Of a DNA stretch of 17,309 nt, positions 8,365 to 16,256 are shown in pieces. Source of the DNA: Fibrobacterales bacterium (GTDB lineage: Bacteria > Fibrobacterota > Fibrobacteria > Fibrobacterales > JAOPTW01); assembly GCA_051532035.1 (NCBI GenBank), contig JAOPTW010000052.1, forward strand, positions 1-17,309. Reading direction: 5' to 3'. The first letter of the stretch is position 1, and each line of letters starts with the position of its first letter. Below the pieces are notes generated by a model, which had not been told where the DNA came from, did not search any database, and saw only the letters and a program-made list of their open reading frames with translations. Both the position numbers and the translations under genes were made by a program.

Positions 8365-10155
8365 TTAGAGTGAGACCATGGAACGGAATGAAATACGTGG
8401 GCCAAAGCCTGACTTCCATGAGTCATTTTTAAGAGGGCCATTCAGTGGCCATGCAATATCGAGATGGTTTACGACACCTTGGGTTGATTTACTCATTCCC
8501 AGACGAAGACCAATACCGACGTTGTACCGAAGTTCATTAAAATCAACCTCGTCAATAGCATCATACGCATTTCCACCATTTACAAAAGCAGCGACAACCG
8601 GAACAACTGTTCCTCGTTCAAATGATTTTGGGAGAAAAAACCGTTCTTCAAGTTTAAAAAAGAGCCGCGTACTCCCCGCATAATAAAATGAAGGAACTCC
8701 AGCCATACCTCTAAAGCCATCAAGATAGAGTTGTTTATGGTTAGGCTGATCGTAATAAGAATCAAACTGTGATTTAAAGTAGGTTGCGAGGCGCGCATTG
8801 GGCTTCCACATATATTCAAGGTTCGTTTCCATGAGGCCATCTGTTACCTCTTTATCACCCAAGAAAAATTTATTCTTTAATGACATTCCTAAGAGGTGAT
8901 CATTTTTAAATATGCCTTTATAGACAAATATATTTTCAAAATACCAACTATCATCACTGGCATTAAGGGCCTCAATATTTTTATAAATGCCACTATAAAA
9001 GCTCACACCAAGTTCAACATCCTCAGAATATTTAACACGGTTCAAATTTTTCACTTTTACGTAGGTTATCCAGTTGAGAATAAATTTTGCGCCAACCCGA
9101 GACTGCTCCAAATACTCAAAAGGAGTTGCATAGGCTTTACTAATTGCCCAATTACTTCCCGGTTCTGTACCATAGACATCACTGTATGGGTACCGTCCTG
9201 CCATACCGCCTCTCTCAAGAGAGTAAAAGTACGAGAGTCCAATAATCTTTTGAAGAGTAGTGCCAAAACGTTTTGCAATGCGAACATTCACTGTATCACT
9301 TTTTATCGCATCATATTTATACAGAAGATGCGCGGCATCCATTGATAACGTTGCATCGGTTACGGTACTATCAAGCCGTACAAATGGACTTAATCGTTCA
9401 GGGTGTTTATAGATCGCCTTACTTTTTTTATTGCGAGTTGCGTATAACCCATAGCTCCAGCTATCATCAAGCGTTGCAAATCCTTTTGAAAAATCAAAAA
9501 TATAGTTGTACCCATCTGAATTTGACGAAGCAGTAAGAGCGAGCTTATTATTTTTTAAGAGAAAGTGTTGATTCTGATAGATAAATTCTTTAGAGTCTCT
9601 AACTAATCCACTCGAGTAATTAAACCCGAGAGTCTGCCCATACCCAAGAAGATTCCGTTCAAGGATAAGCAAGCCCCATGCAAATTTCGCAGCATCTGAT
9701 GATGCTTCAAAGAATGGGAGGGTTGGTGCAATCGTTGTCGACCAGTGATCTGATGATTTAATGCGCACAATGTTTTTGCCATGAGCATCGGTATAGTAAC
9801 TCACCGATGCATCAGAAATATACGTTTGAGCTCTAAGTGCACGTTCACTCTCTTTAAGCTGATAAATAGTAACAGTGTCACCCAACTCAAAACTGAGGTT
9901 TTTATTAATAACCGATGGTTTACTTTTTATATGAAGCTTATTAGCAAGATTGAACATCCAGTGTTCATAGGGAGTCGATGCATTAGCATCATCAAAGGCA
10001 TCCCCAATTTCGTATTCAATTGAGTCAACCACAATTGTCTGACTACTATCGGCAGCACCACCGACTACCTCAAATTGAGACTTTTTCTCTTCTGCTGCAT
10101 TAGAGAATGAAACAATAAATAGTACTAATAGACCCAGTCGTAACTTCAACACCAT
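8365..10155 (-). CDS. Omp85 (BamA/TamA superfamily)-like outer-membrane protein with N-terminal POTRA-like region
   Basis: Signal peptide. POTRA-like segment (SKPSVINKNLSFELGD...LKESERALRAQTYISDASV), ERNLLGYGQ at the barrel start, alternating aromatic beta-strands, NVGIGLRLG near the C-terminus. SD GAGG abuts ATG 10155, so GTG 10152 or TTG 10149 may be the true start. Confidence 0.7.
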   Translation of the reverse strand: MVLKLRLGLLVLFIVSFSNAAEEKKSQFEVVGGAADSSQTIVVDSIEYEIGDAFDDANASTPYEHWMFNLANKLHIKSKPSVINKNLSFELGDTVTIYQLKESERALRAQTYISDASVSYYTDAHGKNIVRIKSSDHWSTTIAPTLPFFEASSDAAKFAWGLLILERNLLGYGQTLGFNYSSGLVRDSKEFIYQNQHFLLKNNKLALTASSNSDGYNYIFDFSKGFATLDDSWSYGLYATRNKKSKAIYKHPERLSPFVRLDSTVTDATLSMDAAHLLYKYDAIKSDTVNVRIAKRFGTTLQKIIGLSYFYSLERGGMAGRYPYSDVYGTEPGSNWAISKAYATPFEYLEQSRVGAKFILNWITYVKVKNLNRVKYSEDVELGVSFYSGIYKNIEALNASDDSWYFENIFVYKGIFKNDHLLGMSLKNKFFLGDKEVTDGLMETNLEYMWKPNARLATYFKSQFDSYYDQPNHKQLYLDGFRGMAGVPSFYYAGSTRLFFKLEERFFLPKSFERGTVVPVVAAFVNGGNAYDAIDEVDFNELRYNVGIGLRLGMSKSTQGVVNHLDIAWPLNGPLKNDSWKSGFGPRISFRSMVSL

Positions 10156-10200
10156 ACCTCACTAATCAACCCAATCAGGTTAATACTTACAAAAGAACAA

Positions 10201-10708
10201 TATAAGCGGCAAGCGATAAGCCGGGTTCTGTCGTGTGCGATCATCTATCTGGGATTACTGTTGCCAATAACCTCAAGCTACCTACCCGCAGCTCTCTACC
10301 ACTCAAAAGAGCGATAATGGAGCAGGTCACTCCAAAAGAACTGCCTATTTGGTATTGCACCGGATGGGGTTTACCCTGCCACTTCTGTCACCAGAAGCGC
10401 GGTGAGCTTTTACCTCGCCGTTTCACCCTTACCTTCATGCGCCACTAATAATCAGTCTTGCCGCATGGTACTTCGTTATTCTCGTCCTTAACATCCTCAC
10501 GTACAGTATGTACGCTGCGTTGTTGCGGTCTCGAATGTCTCATACCATATTACAACTCTAATCATTAGAGGCGCATGAGTAGGCGGTTTATTTTCTGTGG
10601 CACTTTCCCTCTATTACTAGACCTGGACGTTATCCAGCATCCTGCCCTATGGTGCCCGGACTTTCCTCTGATACCGAAGTATCAGCGATCACATACTTGC
10701 CGCTTATA
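10201..10708 (-). ncRNA. rnpB: RNase P RNA, bacterial type A, with greatly extended P12
   Basis: Minus strand has GAGGAAAGUCCGGGC (10654-10668), GGAAAGUGCCACAGAAA, AGGGUGAAACGG, GGUAAACCCCA and ACAGAACCCGGCUUA (10217-10231). P1 is a perfect 13-bp pairing of 10201-10213 with 10696-10708. P3 has a UUCG loop; P13, P14 and P18 are present and P19 is absent. Confidence 0.98.
10432..10583 (-). repeat. ~150-nt imperfect palindrome (MITE/RPE-like) occupying RNase P P12
   Basis: Nested inverted repeats: TCATGCGCC/GGCGCATGA (10435-10443/10570-10578), an 11-bp stem (10445-10455/10558-10568), ATGGTA/TACCAT, and apex CGTAC-N5-GTACG (10500-10514). Confidence 0.75.
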
Positions 10709-10875
10709 ATTGGCTGTAAAGATATGTAATTCCCTATCAAACTCAAAGAGAAACCCACATAAGTGTAATAAAAACACTGCTTTACATAAATAATACACTA
10801 TCTCTCAATCAAGGCAAAAGAACTCAAATAGCTTAAATTTCCTTGTAAACATTAGATTAACAAATACTTGTATCA

Positions 10876-10904
10876 TTGAAATTGCAAAGTTGACATACTA
10901 TAAC
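10876..10904 (+). promoter_or_regulatory. Candidate sigma70-type promoter of the small lipoprotein gene
   Basis: TTGAAA(10876-10881)-17 nt-TATAAC(10899-10904), 45 nt before ATG 10950. AT-rich context lowers significance. Confidence 0.4.
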
Positions 10905-10949
10905 TTGCTACTTTGCCACTCAGATACACATCAAACCAAAGGTAGAACC

Positions 10950-11423
10950 ATGAAACACTCTTTCATTATTACGCTGCTTCTTTTTGTTGCTCTAATGGTC
11001 TCCTCTTGTGACAAGTTTGGAGTCATGGATAAATTCGGGTTGAAAAACACGACGATCGATAACGCTCTAAGCACCACTAATTGTGAAACAAAAGAATGCT
11101 CACTCGATGAGCCCTTTATTGTGACACGAAAATCAAAAGAGAAACTTACCCTTAAGGCTCAAGAGGAACTCCTCTGTACATCGAGTCAATATGCAGTGGT
11201 CAATGTATCGGGAGATACCCTTTCATACCACTTCAAAACGAGCAGTGCTCTTAAAAGCTACACAATATGTGACAAAGAGATCACCCTTATTGTAGAAAGT
11301 AAAAAACATGACCTGAGCAAAATAAAATATGTGATGTCACCACGAGCAATCTACGATCTAGAGTTTTATAGCGCTCCAGAGAATAAAATGGTTCAAAATG
11401 ACATATTTGATGAATTCAAATAA
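10950..11423 (+). CDS. Hypothetical lipoprotein (157 aa)
   Basis: ATG 10950 preceded by AAAGG gives MKHSFIITLLLFVALMVSSC (lipobox), more plausible than TTG 10890. Four further Cys suggest disulfides. Confidence 0.75.
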   Translation: MKHSFIITLLLFVALMVSSCDKFGVMDKFGLKNTTIDNALSTTNCETKECSLDEPFIVTRKSKEKLTLKAQEELLCTSSQYAVVNVSGDTLSYHFKTSSALKSYTICDKEITLIVESKKHDLSKIKYVMSPRAIYDLEFYSAPENKMVQNDIFDEFK

Positions 11424-11445
11424 TTGACCTGTTCATAAGATCAAT

Positions 11446-11480
11446 AAAAAAAGTCAGAAGATTCTCTTCTGACTTTTTTT
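11446..11480. terminator. Bidirectional Rho-independent terminator
   Basis: AAAAAAAGTCAGAAG-ATTCT-CTTCTGACTTTTTTT, a perfect 15-bp inverted repeat between convergent genes. Confidence 0.9.
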
Positions 11481-11547
11481 ATATCTACGTCACTAAATTC
11501 TTTTTTTAAACTATACCCTATCCATAACTCTGTAGTTGTCCTCTACC

Positions 11548-12405
11548 TTAGTCAGGATTTGAGAATGAGTAACGAATAACAATTCCTGACTCAGAGCTAC
11601 TACTTACTGTACTGCTCGACGAACTCAGTAATTGACCACTTGACTCTAGATCTACCGGATCCTCTACCTGTGGATAAGATGTATCCTCTTCTGAAGAAGA
11701 GCTCAGAGACTCATCTACAACCGTTCGTACAGGCAGATCAGTAATAGTGAGGTTAACCCCACTGGAAGTCACCATATAATCTTGGTAAGTCCCATCTTCG
11801 AGTTGTACAGTTACTACCTGATAGTAATGCTCTTTGCTATCAAGTTTCTGAACGAGTGATGGATACAGTACCGAACCATCCACTTCTGTAATAAGAGGTT
11901 TTTCAAATGAGAAGAAATGTACCCCCACTAAAGTATCTATTTCAATATGTTTCAGGGTAACAGTACTGAAAATTATTCTACCGACATCATAGCCAGGCTC
12001 TTCATCACTCAATTGAATATTGTGATATTCAAACCCAAGTGAATCATTACAGCTTCGAATACTATATCCACCCATTGAAAGATCAAAAAAGATAAATGAA
12101 CCGTCAGGCTGAATAGGAACTCGACGAATCACCTTTTGTAAATTATCCATTGAATAGAGGAATACACTGTCGGGATTTAAAGAAAGAGTATCCGTATCTA
12201 CCGGTACACTATCAAGAATAGTGGAAGTTGTATCAACACTATCTTTTACAACAAGTATTAAGGAGGTTTTTGAAGCTGCGACAGTATTGGGAATCACGGT
12301 ACTTCCAGTTATTTGCCCATGTTCAAGGAGATCTTCATTAGTTATGTCACAAGAGCTTAGGAACGGAATCGTTACATACAGTAACCACAAGGGGGAGAAT
12401 TTCAT
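11548..12405 (-). CDS. Lipoprotein with putative beta-sandwich (carboxypeptidase-regulatory-like) N-terminal domain and Ser-rich tail; paralogue of the N-terminus of 13489..15246
   Basis: 285 aa. Lipobox LSSC; GQITGS...IQPDGSFIFFDLSMGGYSIRS pattern; ATGA overlap with the upstream gene. Confidence 0.8.
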   Translation of the reverse strand: MKFSPLWLLYVTIPFLSSCDITNEDLLEHGQITGSTVIPNTVAASKTSLILVVKDSVDTTSTILDSVPVDTDTLSLNPDSVFLYSMDNLQKVIRRVPIQPDGSFIFFDLSMGGYSIRSCNDSLGFEYHNIQLSDEEPGYDVGRIIFSTVTLKHIEIDTLVGVHFFSFEKPLITEVDGSVLYPSLVQKLDSKEHYYQVVTVQLEDGTYQDYMVTSSGVNLTITDLPVRTVVDESLSSSSEEDTSYPQVEDPVDLESSGQLLSSSSSTVSSSSESGIVIRYSFSNPD

Positions 12406-13250
12406 GTGTTGCCTCTTTTAGGGGTGAGGGGTTTTGAAACGGGAAAACGCTGTATATTTATTTGTTGCGCTGTTTCCACATTTTGCTCTAAATTAGAAAT
12501 TGCAATGATACTTTTCTGGAATTGACTGATCATTTTGTTGATTTTCTCTGCATTTTCATAGGAAAGTCCCGCAGTTATAGAGACAACGTTCCTTTCTGGT
12601 GGGTCAAACCGGTCAATAGCCTCTCCACCGAGACGAATCATCATTCTTTGAAACTCTCGTAACGCCATGTAATCGGTCTCACTTTGTGCAATAACTGACG
12701 ACTGGAGCTGTACATATTTACCGCGACTCAGCTTTATAAGCCCCAACTCTAATAAAAGTGAGACACTATCATGCGCCTGTTTTGCGGTAATTTCGGGCTT
12801 TATAGAGCGTGCGAGCTTTAGATAATCTTCCTTAAAGGGTACTGTCGAGATCACTTCTCTAATCACCGGGTGGTACCAAGTATTAAAAAATTCAAACCGT
12901 TTACTCTCTAAATTATGAATAAGGGAATCAGACTGTTCCTGTAGCTTGCGCAAACACCGCGCTTTCTCGCCATCACTCTTTGCATGTTTAAAATGGACAA
13001 GAAGCATAAAAAACTCAGACTCTTTTTCGGAATGGCCAAGCATCTCATTAAATTGACAAATAGATTTTCGTGAAACAGCTTTTGCTCCAGAAATAACCCG
13101 CTGGATATAGCTCTTAGACTTAAAGCCCGCTACGTCAGCAAGCTTTTGCATGGTTACTTTTGTCCCACTCTCTTTTTCCTGCTTATACCATGTACGAAGA
13201 TATTCGTGATAATCCAAAAAACGGAAGATGGATACTTTAAAAGATTGCAT
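12402..13250 (-). CDS. TIGR02147/DUF4423-family protein with N-terminal HTH-like region (copy A)
   Basis: AGGAGA SD precedes ATG 13250 (282 aa). Family-typical motifs IFRFLDYHEYL..WY, AGFKSKSY, WYHPVIRE, PEITAKQAHDSVSLLLELGLI, QINIQRFPVS. Recognised from memory of the family, not by HMM. Confidence 0.85.
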   Translation of the reverse strand: MQSFKVSIFRFLDYHEYLRTWYKQEKESGTKVTMQKLADVAGFKSKSYIQRVISGAKAVSRKSICQFNEMLGHSEKESEFFMLLVHFKHAKSDGEKARCLRKLQEQSDSLIHNLESKRFEFFNTWYHPVIREVISTVPFKEDYLKLARSIKPEITAKQAHDSVSLLLELGLIKLSRGKYVQLQSSVIAQSETDYMALREFQRMMIRLGGEAIDRFDPPERNVVSITAGLSYENAEKINKMISQFQKSIIAISNLEQNVETAQQINIQRFPVSKPLTPKRGNT

Positions 13251-13338
13251 AGGGGTTCTCCTGGTCAAAAACTACACGAAGAACTCTTACTTTACTAGAC
13301 TATGGGGAACTTTTTTACATTCACACCCTATATAATAG

Positions 13339-13387
13339 GCAATTTGGTGACCAAAGGGGCAACTATTTCGATTAATTGGTGTACAGG
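13339..13387. promoter_or_regulatory. Candidate operator array upstream of TIGR02147 copy A
   Basis: Palindrome TTTGGT-G-ACCAAA (13343-13355); second TTGGTG core 32 bp away (13376-13381). Confidence 0.45.
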
Positions 13388-13425
13388 AAATATTCACTTA
13401 GATACTCTAGCATAATTTAAAAAAC

Positions 13426-13452
13426 AAAAGCCACTCCCTAGCAGTGGCTTTT
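13426..13452 (-). terminator. Rho-independent terminator separating the two TIGR02147 modules
   Basis: AAAAGCCACT-7 nt-AGTGGCTTTT. On the minus strand the GC-containing stem runs into TTTTGTTTTTT; it lies 36 nt past the stop of the 585-aa gene. Confidence 0.85.
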
Positions 13453-13488
13453 ATAAGTATACAACTAAGCAAATAATTCTGAGGGCGT

Positions 13489-15246
13489 TTAGTTGATAGG
13501 CTGTATACTTTGGGGTTCATACAGAGGTTCTTGGGTTGCATCTTCATCCCAGCGATAGTAACGAATATAATCTACTTCTGCTTTTAGGGGTAATTCAGAT
13601 TCATGAGGCATTGTAGCATATAAACCTGCATATAAAGCTAATACCTCTGGCTCATCTGGGATTTCTACAATTTTCCCTGCCCCATTTTCTTTATCAGCTG
13701 AATAACTTGTTACAACCACATTATTAACAGCCCACTCAATTTTAGAAGGCAACCAAGTGATACGATAGGTAACCCAATCATCTCCATAAGCAATACTTTC
13801 ATCAAAATCTTCTATAGAATCACCGGAAATCCCAAATGAGGCAGGGTATAATTCCGCCCCCTGATCCCCTCTTAATATAGTATCACCAGAATTAGTAAGA
13901 CCAAACCACATAGGAGCTCCTGATTGAGAAACATTGGGAATCAAAGAGTTTACAGATACATATACCTCTTTCGTCGGTCTGAAAGTTGTTTCTTCTCCAA
14001 TTTTCAGTTCCCACACGTGTCCACCCCAAACTGTACTCTCTAATTTTACCCGCACTTCATAGATACCATATCTGAAATCTTTATGTATTGATCTCAATTC
14101 TGCATTTGCATAGGTTTTGGGCCCTATTGTCTCCTGGTAAATTTCAGAATAACTTTCAGGCACCAAAATACTTTTAGTCTGAAGAGAAAGTAAGCCATCT
14201 CCTGATTCAATACAATCTACTCCCATTCGTGTACGAAATGAATATCCATCATTAAACGTCCACACTTCATCAACAGACGCTAGAGGAGTTTCTCCAAATT
14301 GAATTTCATTATTAAACTCTTCATTTAAATAGAGCGTATACCCGTCATACTGAGCCACTTCTCTAGTGGAACTTGAAACACTACTCGATGATATTGCGCC
14401 ATCTAAACTGCTCAGGTTCTCTTCAACTGAAGAACTTAAGAGCTCGCCAACACTTGAAACAACTAATGCACTCGAGCTACTCTGAATATCTGAACTTAAT
14501 TCTACAAATGCACTGCTACTACTCAAGCTAATAGTACTCGACGAGATTTCTGCTATACTACTTATAGGAGTTGGATCGCCTACAACACTACTCGACACTG
14601 CTGACGAGGCCCCTAAGCTACTTGATGATGGGTCAAGCTCTACCAAAATTATGACAAGCTCTGCACCAATTACCTTAAAGGTTTCTACACTACCAGTAAG
14701 GTTCACTACACTCACCATCTGATAAATATTCGCATGAGGGGGCTCAACAAAGTCAAGATACGGGTATTCAATTACCCCCGACTCATCAGCGGTAAGGAGT
14801 TCATCAAAATAGTAGAGCGCAGAAAACTCAATACCAGATACTGAAATCTGTTTATACATAATTCGTACGGGATCAAGTTTACCAACTTCTTGATCGGGGT
14901 CGATTTCCGTAACGTTAATACCATGATACTCTGTACCAAATACTCCATTACTACTCTTTATACTATAAGAATCAAATTCAACTGAATCGAAGCTAAACGA
15001 CCCATCAGATTGAATTGCTGCCGTTGCAATTTTTTCTTGTAAGTTTGAAGTTCGATACAGTGAAATGGTTGTCGGCATAGTTTCTTCGGCTAACACTATA
15101 CTCTTTTTCAAAGTTGCCACAGTATTGGGAACCGTACTGCTCCCGGTTATAGTACCGTGAGCATCCCCCGAAGATGTATCTGTACTAAAAGAACAGGCAC
15201 TGAACAGTGCCAACGTTGCCCCAATAATTATATTTTTGTAATTCAT
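13489..15246 (-). CDS. Lipoprotein: conserved N-terminal domain, Ser-rich linker, C-terminal GH16-like (ConA-fold) domain lacking the catalytic motif
   Basis: 585 aa. Lipobox FSAC. GH16-like landmarks YTLYLNEEF, YANAELRS, FRYGIYEVRVK, WVTYRITWLPSKIEWAVNN, EVDYIRYY. No ExDxE/ExDxxE motif. Confidence 0.8.
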   Translation of the reverse strand: MNYKNIIIGATLALFSACSFSTDTSSGDAHGTITGSSTVPNTVATLKKSIVLAEETMPTTISLYRTSNLQEKIATAAIQSDGSFSFDSVEFDSYSIKSSNGVFGTEYHGINVTEIDPDQEVGKLDPVRIMYKQISVSGIEFSALYYFDELLTADESGVIEYPYLDFVEPPHANIYQMVSVVNLTGSVETFKVIGAELVIILVELDPSSSSLGASSAVSSSVVGDPTPISSIAEISSSTISLSSSSAFVELSSDIQSSSSALVVSSVGELLSSSVEENLSSLDGAISSSSVSSSTREVAQYDGYTLYLNEEFNNEIQFGETPLASVDEVWTFNDGYSFRTRMGVDCIESGDGLLSLQTKSILVPESYSEIYQETIGPKTYANAELRSIHKDFRYGIYEVRVKLESTVWGGHVWELKIGEETTFRPTKEVYVSVNSLIPNVSQSGAPMWFGLTNSGDTILRGDQGAELYPASFGISGDSIEDFDESIAYGDDWVTYRITWLPSKIEWAVNNVVVTSYSADKENGAGKIVEIPDEPEVLALYAGLYATMPHESELPLKAEVDYIRYYRWDEDATQEPLYEPQSIQPIN

Positions 15247-16082
15247 TTGTTACCTCTATTAGATGTTAAGTCTTTTGAAATCGGAAAATATTGAACGTTA
15301 ATCTGTTTTGAAATTTCTATAGGTTGCTCTATATTGGCAATATTTATAATCTGTTTTTGGACATTATTAAGAAGTTCATTAATTCTCAGTGCATTTGCAT
15401 GGGAAACCCCAATACTCTGGGTAAATACATTGCGATCTCCTGGTATAAAACGCTCCAGGGCCTCTATCCCCAACTGCATAACTCTACTTTGATACTTGCG
15501 TAGAGCAATATACTCTGTTTCAGACTCAGCAATGAGTGCAGTATTAAGAAGAGCATAGGCGCCACGAATCTTTTTAATCAAACCTAATTCAAGTAATAGG
15601 TTTACACTTTCATGAGCCTGCTTAGCAGAAATTTCTGGACGAATCATCCGTCCAAGTTTTTGATAGTCTCCTTTAAAGTTTTTTGAAGTCACAATTTCTC
15701 GAACAACAGGATGGTACCATTCACTAAAAAAAGCAAATCGTTTACTTTCAATAGTCTGTAAAAGAGTATTAGACTGTTCTTGCAATTTGCGTAAACATCT
15801 AAACTTTTCACCATCACTCTTTGCATGTTTAAAATGCACCAGAAGCATAAAATACTCAGCTTCTTTACTGTCAAGTTCAAGCATATCAATAAAAGTACAC
15901 ATGGACTTTCGTGAAATGGCTTTTGAACCAGATAATATTCTTTGTATATAACTTTTAGATTTAAAGCCAGCTTCGTCTGAGAGGGATTGGTGCGATAGTT
16001 TCACTCCCGACTCTTTCTGACTCTTGTACCAATCCTTAAAATAAGCATGATAGTCTAAATAGCTGAAAATAGTAATACTCAT
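15243..16082 (-). CDS. TIGR02147/DUF4423-family protein with N-terminal HTH-like region (copy B)
   Basis: 279 aa. Ungapped alignment to copy A gives about 164/279 identical by hand count (~59%), with the same motifs. ATGA overlap with the downstream lipoprotein gene. Confidence 0.85.
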   Translation of the reverse strand: MSITIFSYLDYHAYFKDWYKSQKESGVKLSHQSLSDEAGFKSKSYIQRILSGSKAISRKSMCTFIDMLELDSKEAEYFMLLVHFKHAKSDGEKFRCLRKLQEQSNTLLQTIESKRFAFFSEWYHPVVREIVTSKNFKGDYQKLGRMIRPEISAKQAHESVNLLLELGLIKKIRGAYALLNTALIAESETEYIALRKYQSRVMQLGIEALERFIPGDRNVFTQSIGVSHANALRINELLNNVQKQIINIANIEQPIEISKQINVQYFPISKDLTSNRGNK

Positions 16083-16179
16083 AAGCTTGTTGGTTAAAGG
16101 TTCTTTTACAAATCTAAGAGTACGCCCTCAAGCCAACAAGTATTTAGTGCTCGAAATATTGTTTTATTCTATCAAATAC

Positions 16180-16256
16180 GCAATTTTGGTGATCAACCAT
16201 TAATCAGGTACTACATTTTGGTGGTCATTTAAGCACACAAACGGTTCAGTGGTGTA
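16180..16256. promoter_or_regulatory. Candidate operator array upstream of TIGR02147 copy B
   Basis: GCAATTTTGGTGATCAA (16180-16196); TTGGTG cores at 16186 and 16218 (32 bp apart) and GTGGTG at 16249. Confidence 0.45.

Noticed and set aside
283..9788. Numerous 60-150-aa ORFs overlapping the GH3, ABC, trmJ and Omp85-like genes (e.g. 1286..1516, 3810..4154, 8896..9345)
   Set aside because: They are antisense or alternative-frame to well-supported long genes and show no recognisable motifs.
10233..10448. 71-aa plus-strand ORF
   Set aside because: It is antisense to conserved RNase P RNA sequence; a shadow ORF.
10432..10583. P12 insert considered as an intron or coding cassette
   Set aside because: Too short, no group I/II intron motifs, no credible ORF with SD; it folds as a single hairpin compatible with retention in the mature RNA.
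14361..14628. Repetitive-looking ACTACT/CTCGA runs (also near 2090-2330 and 11590-11710)
   Set aside because: These are Ser codon runs of protein linkers, not tandem DNA repeats or CRISPR.
16180..16256. 32-bp periodic motif considered as a CRISPR or iteron array
   Set aside because: Cores are only 5-8 bp with 2-3 copies, and no cas or rep gene is present; better read as an operator array.
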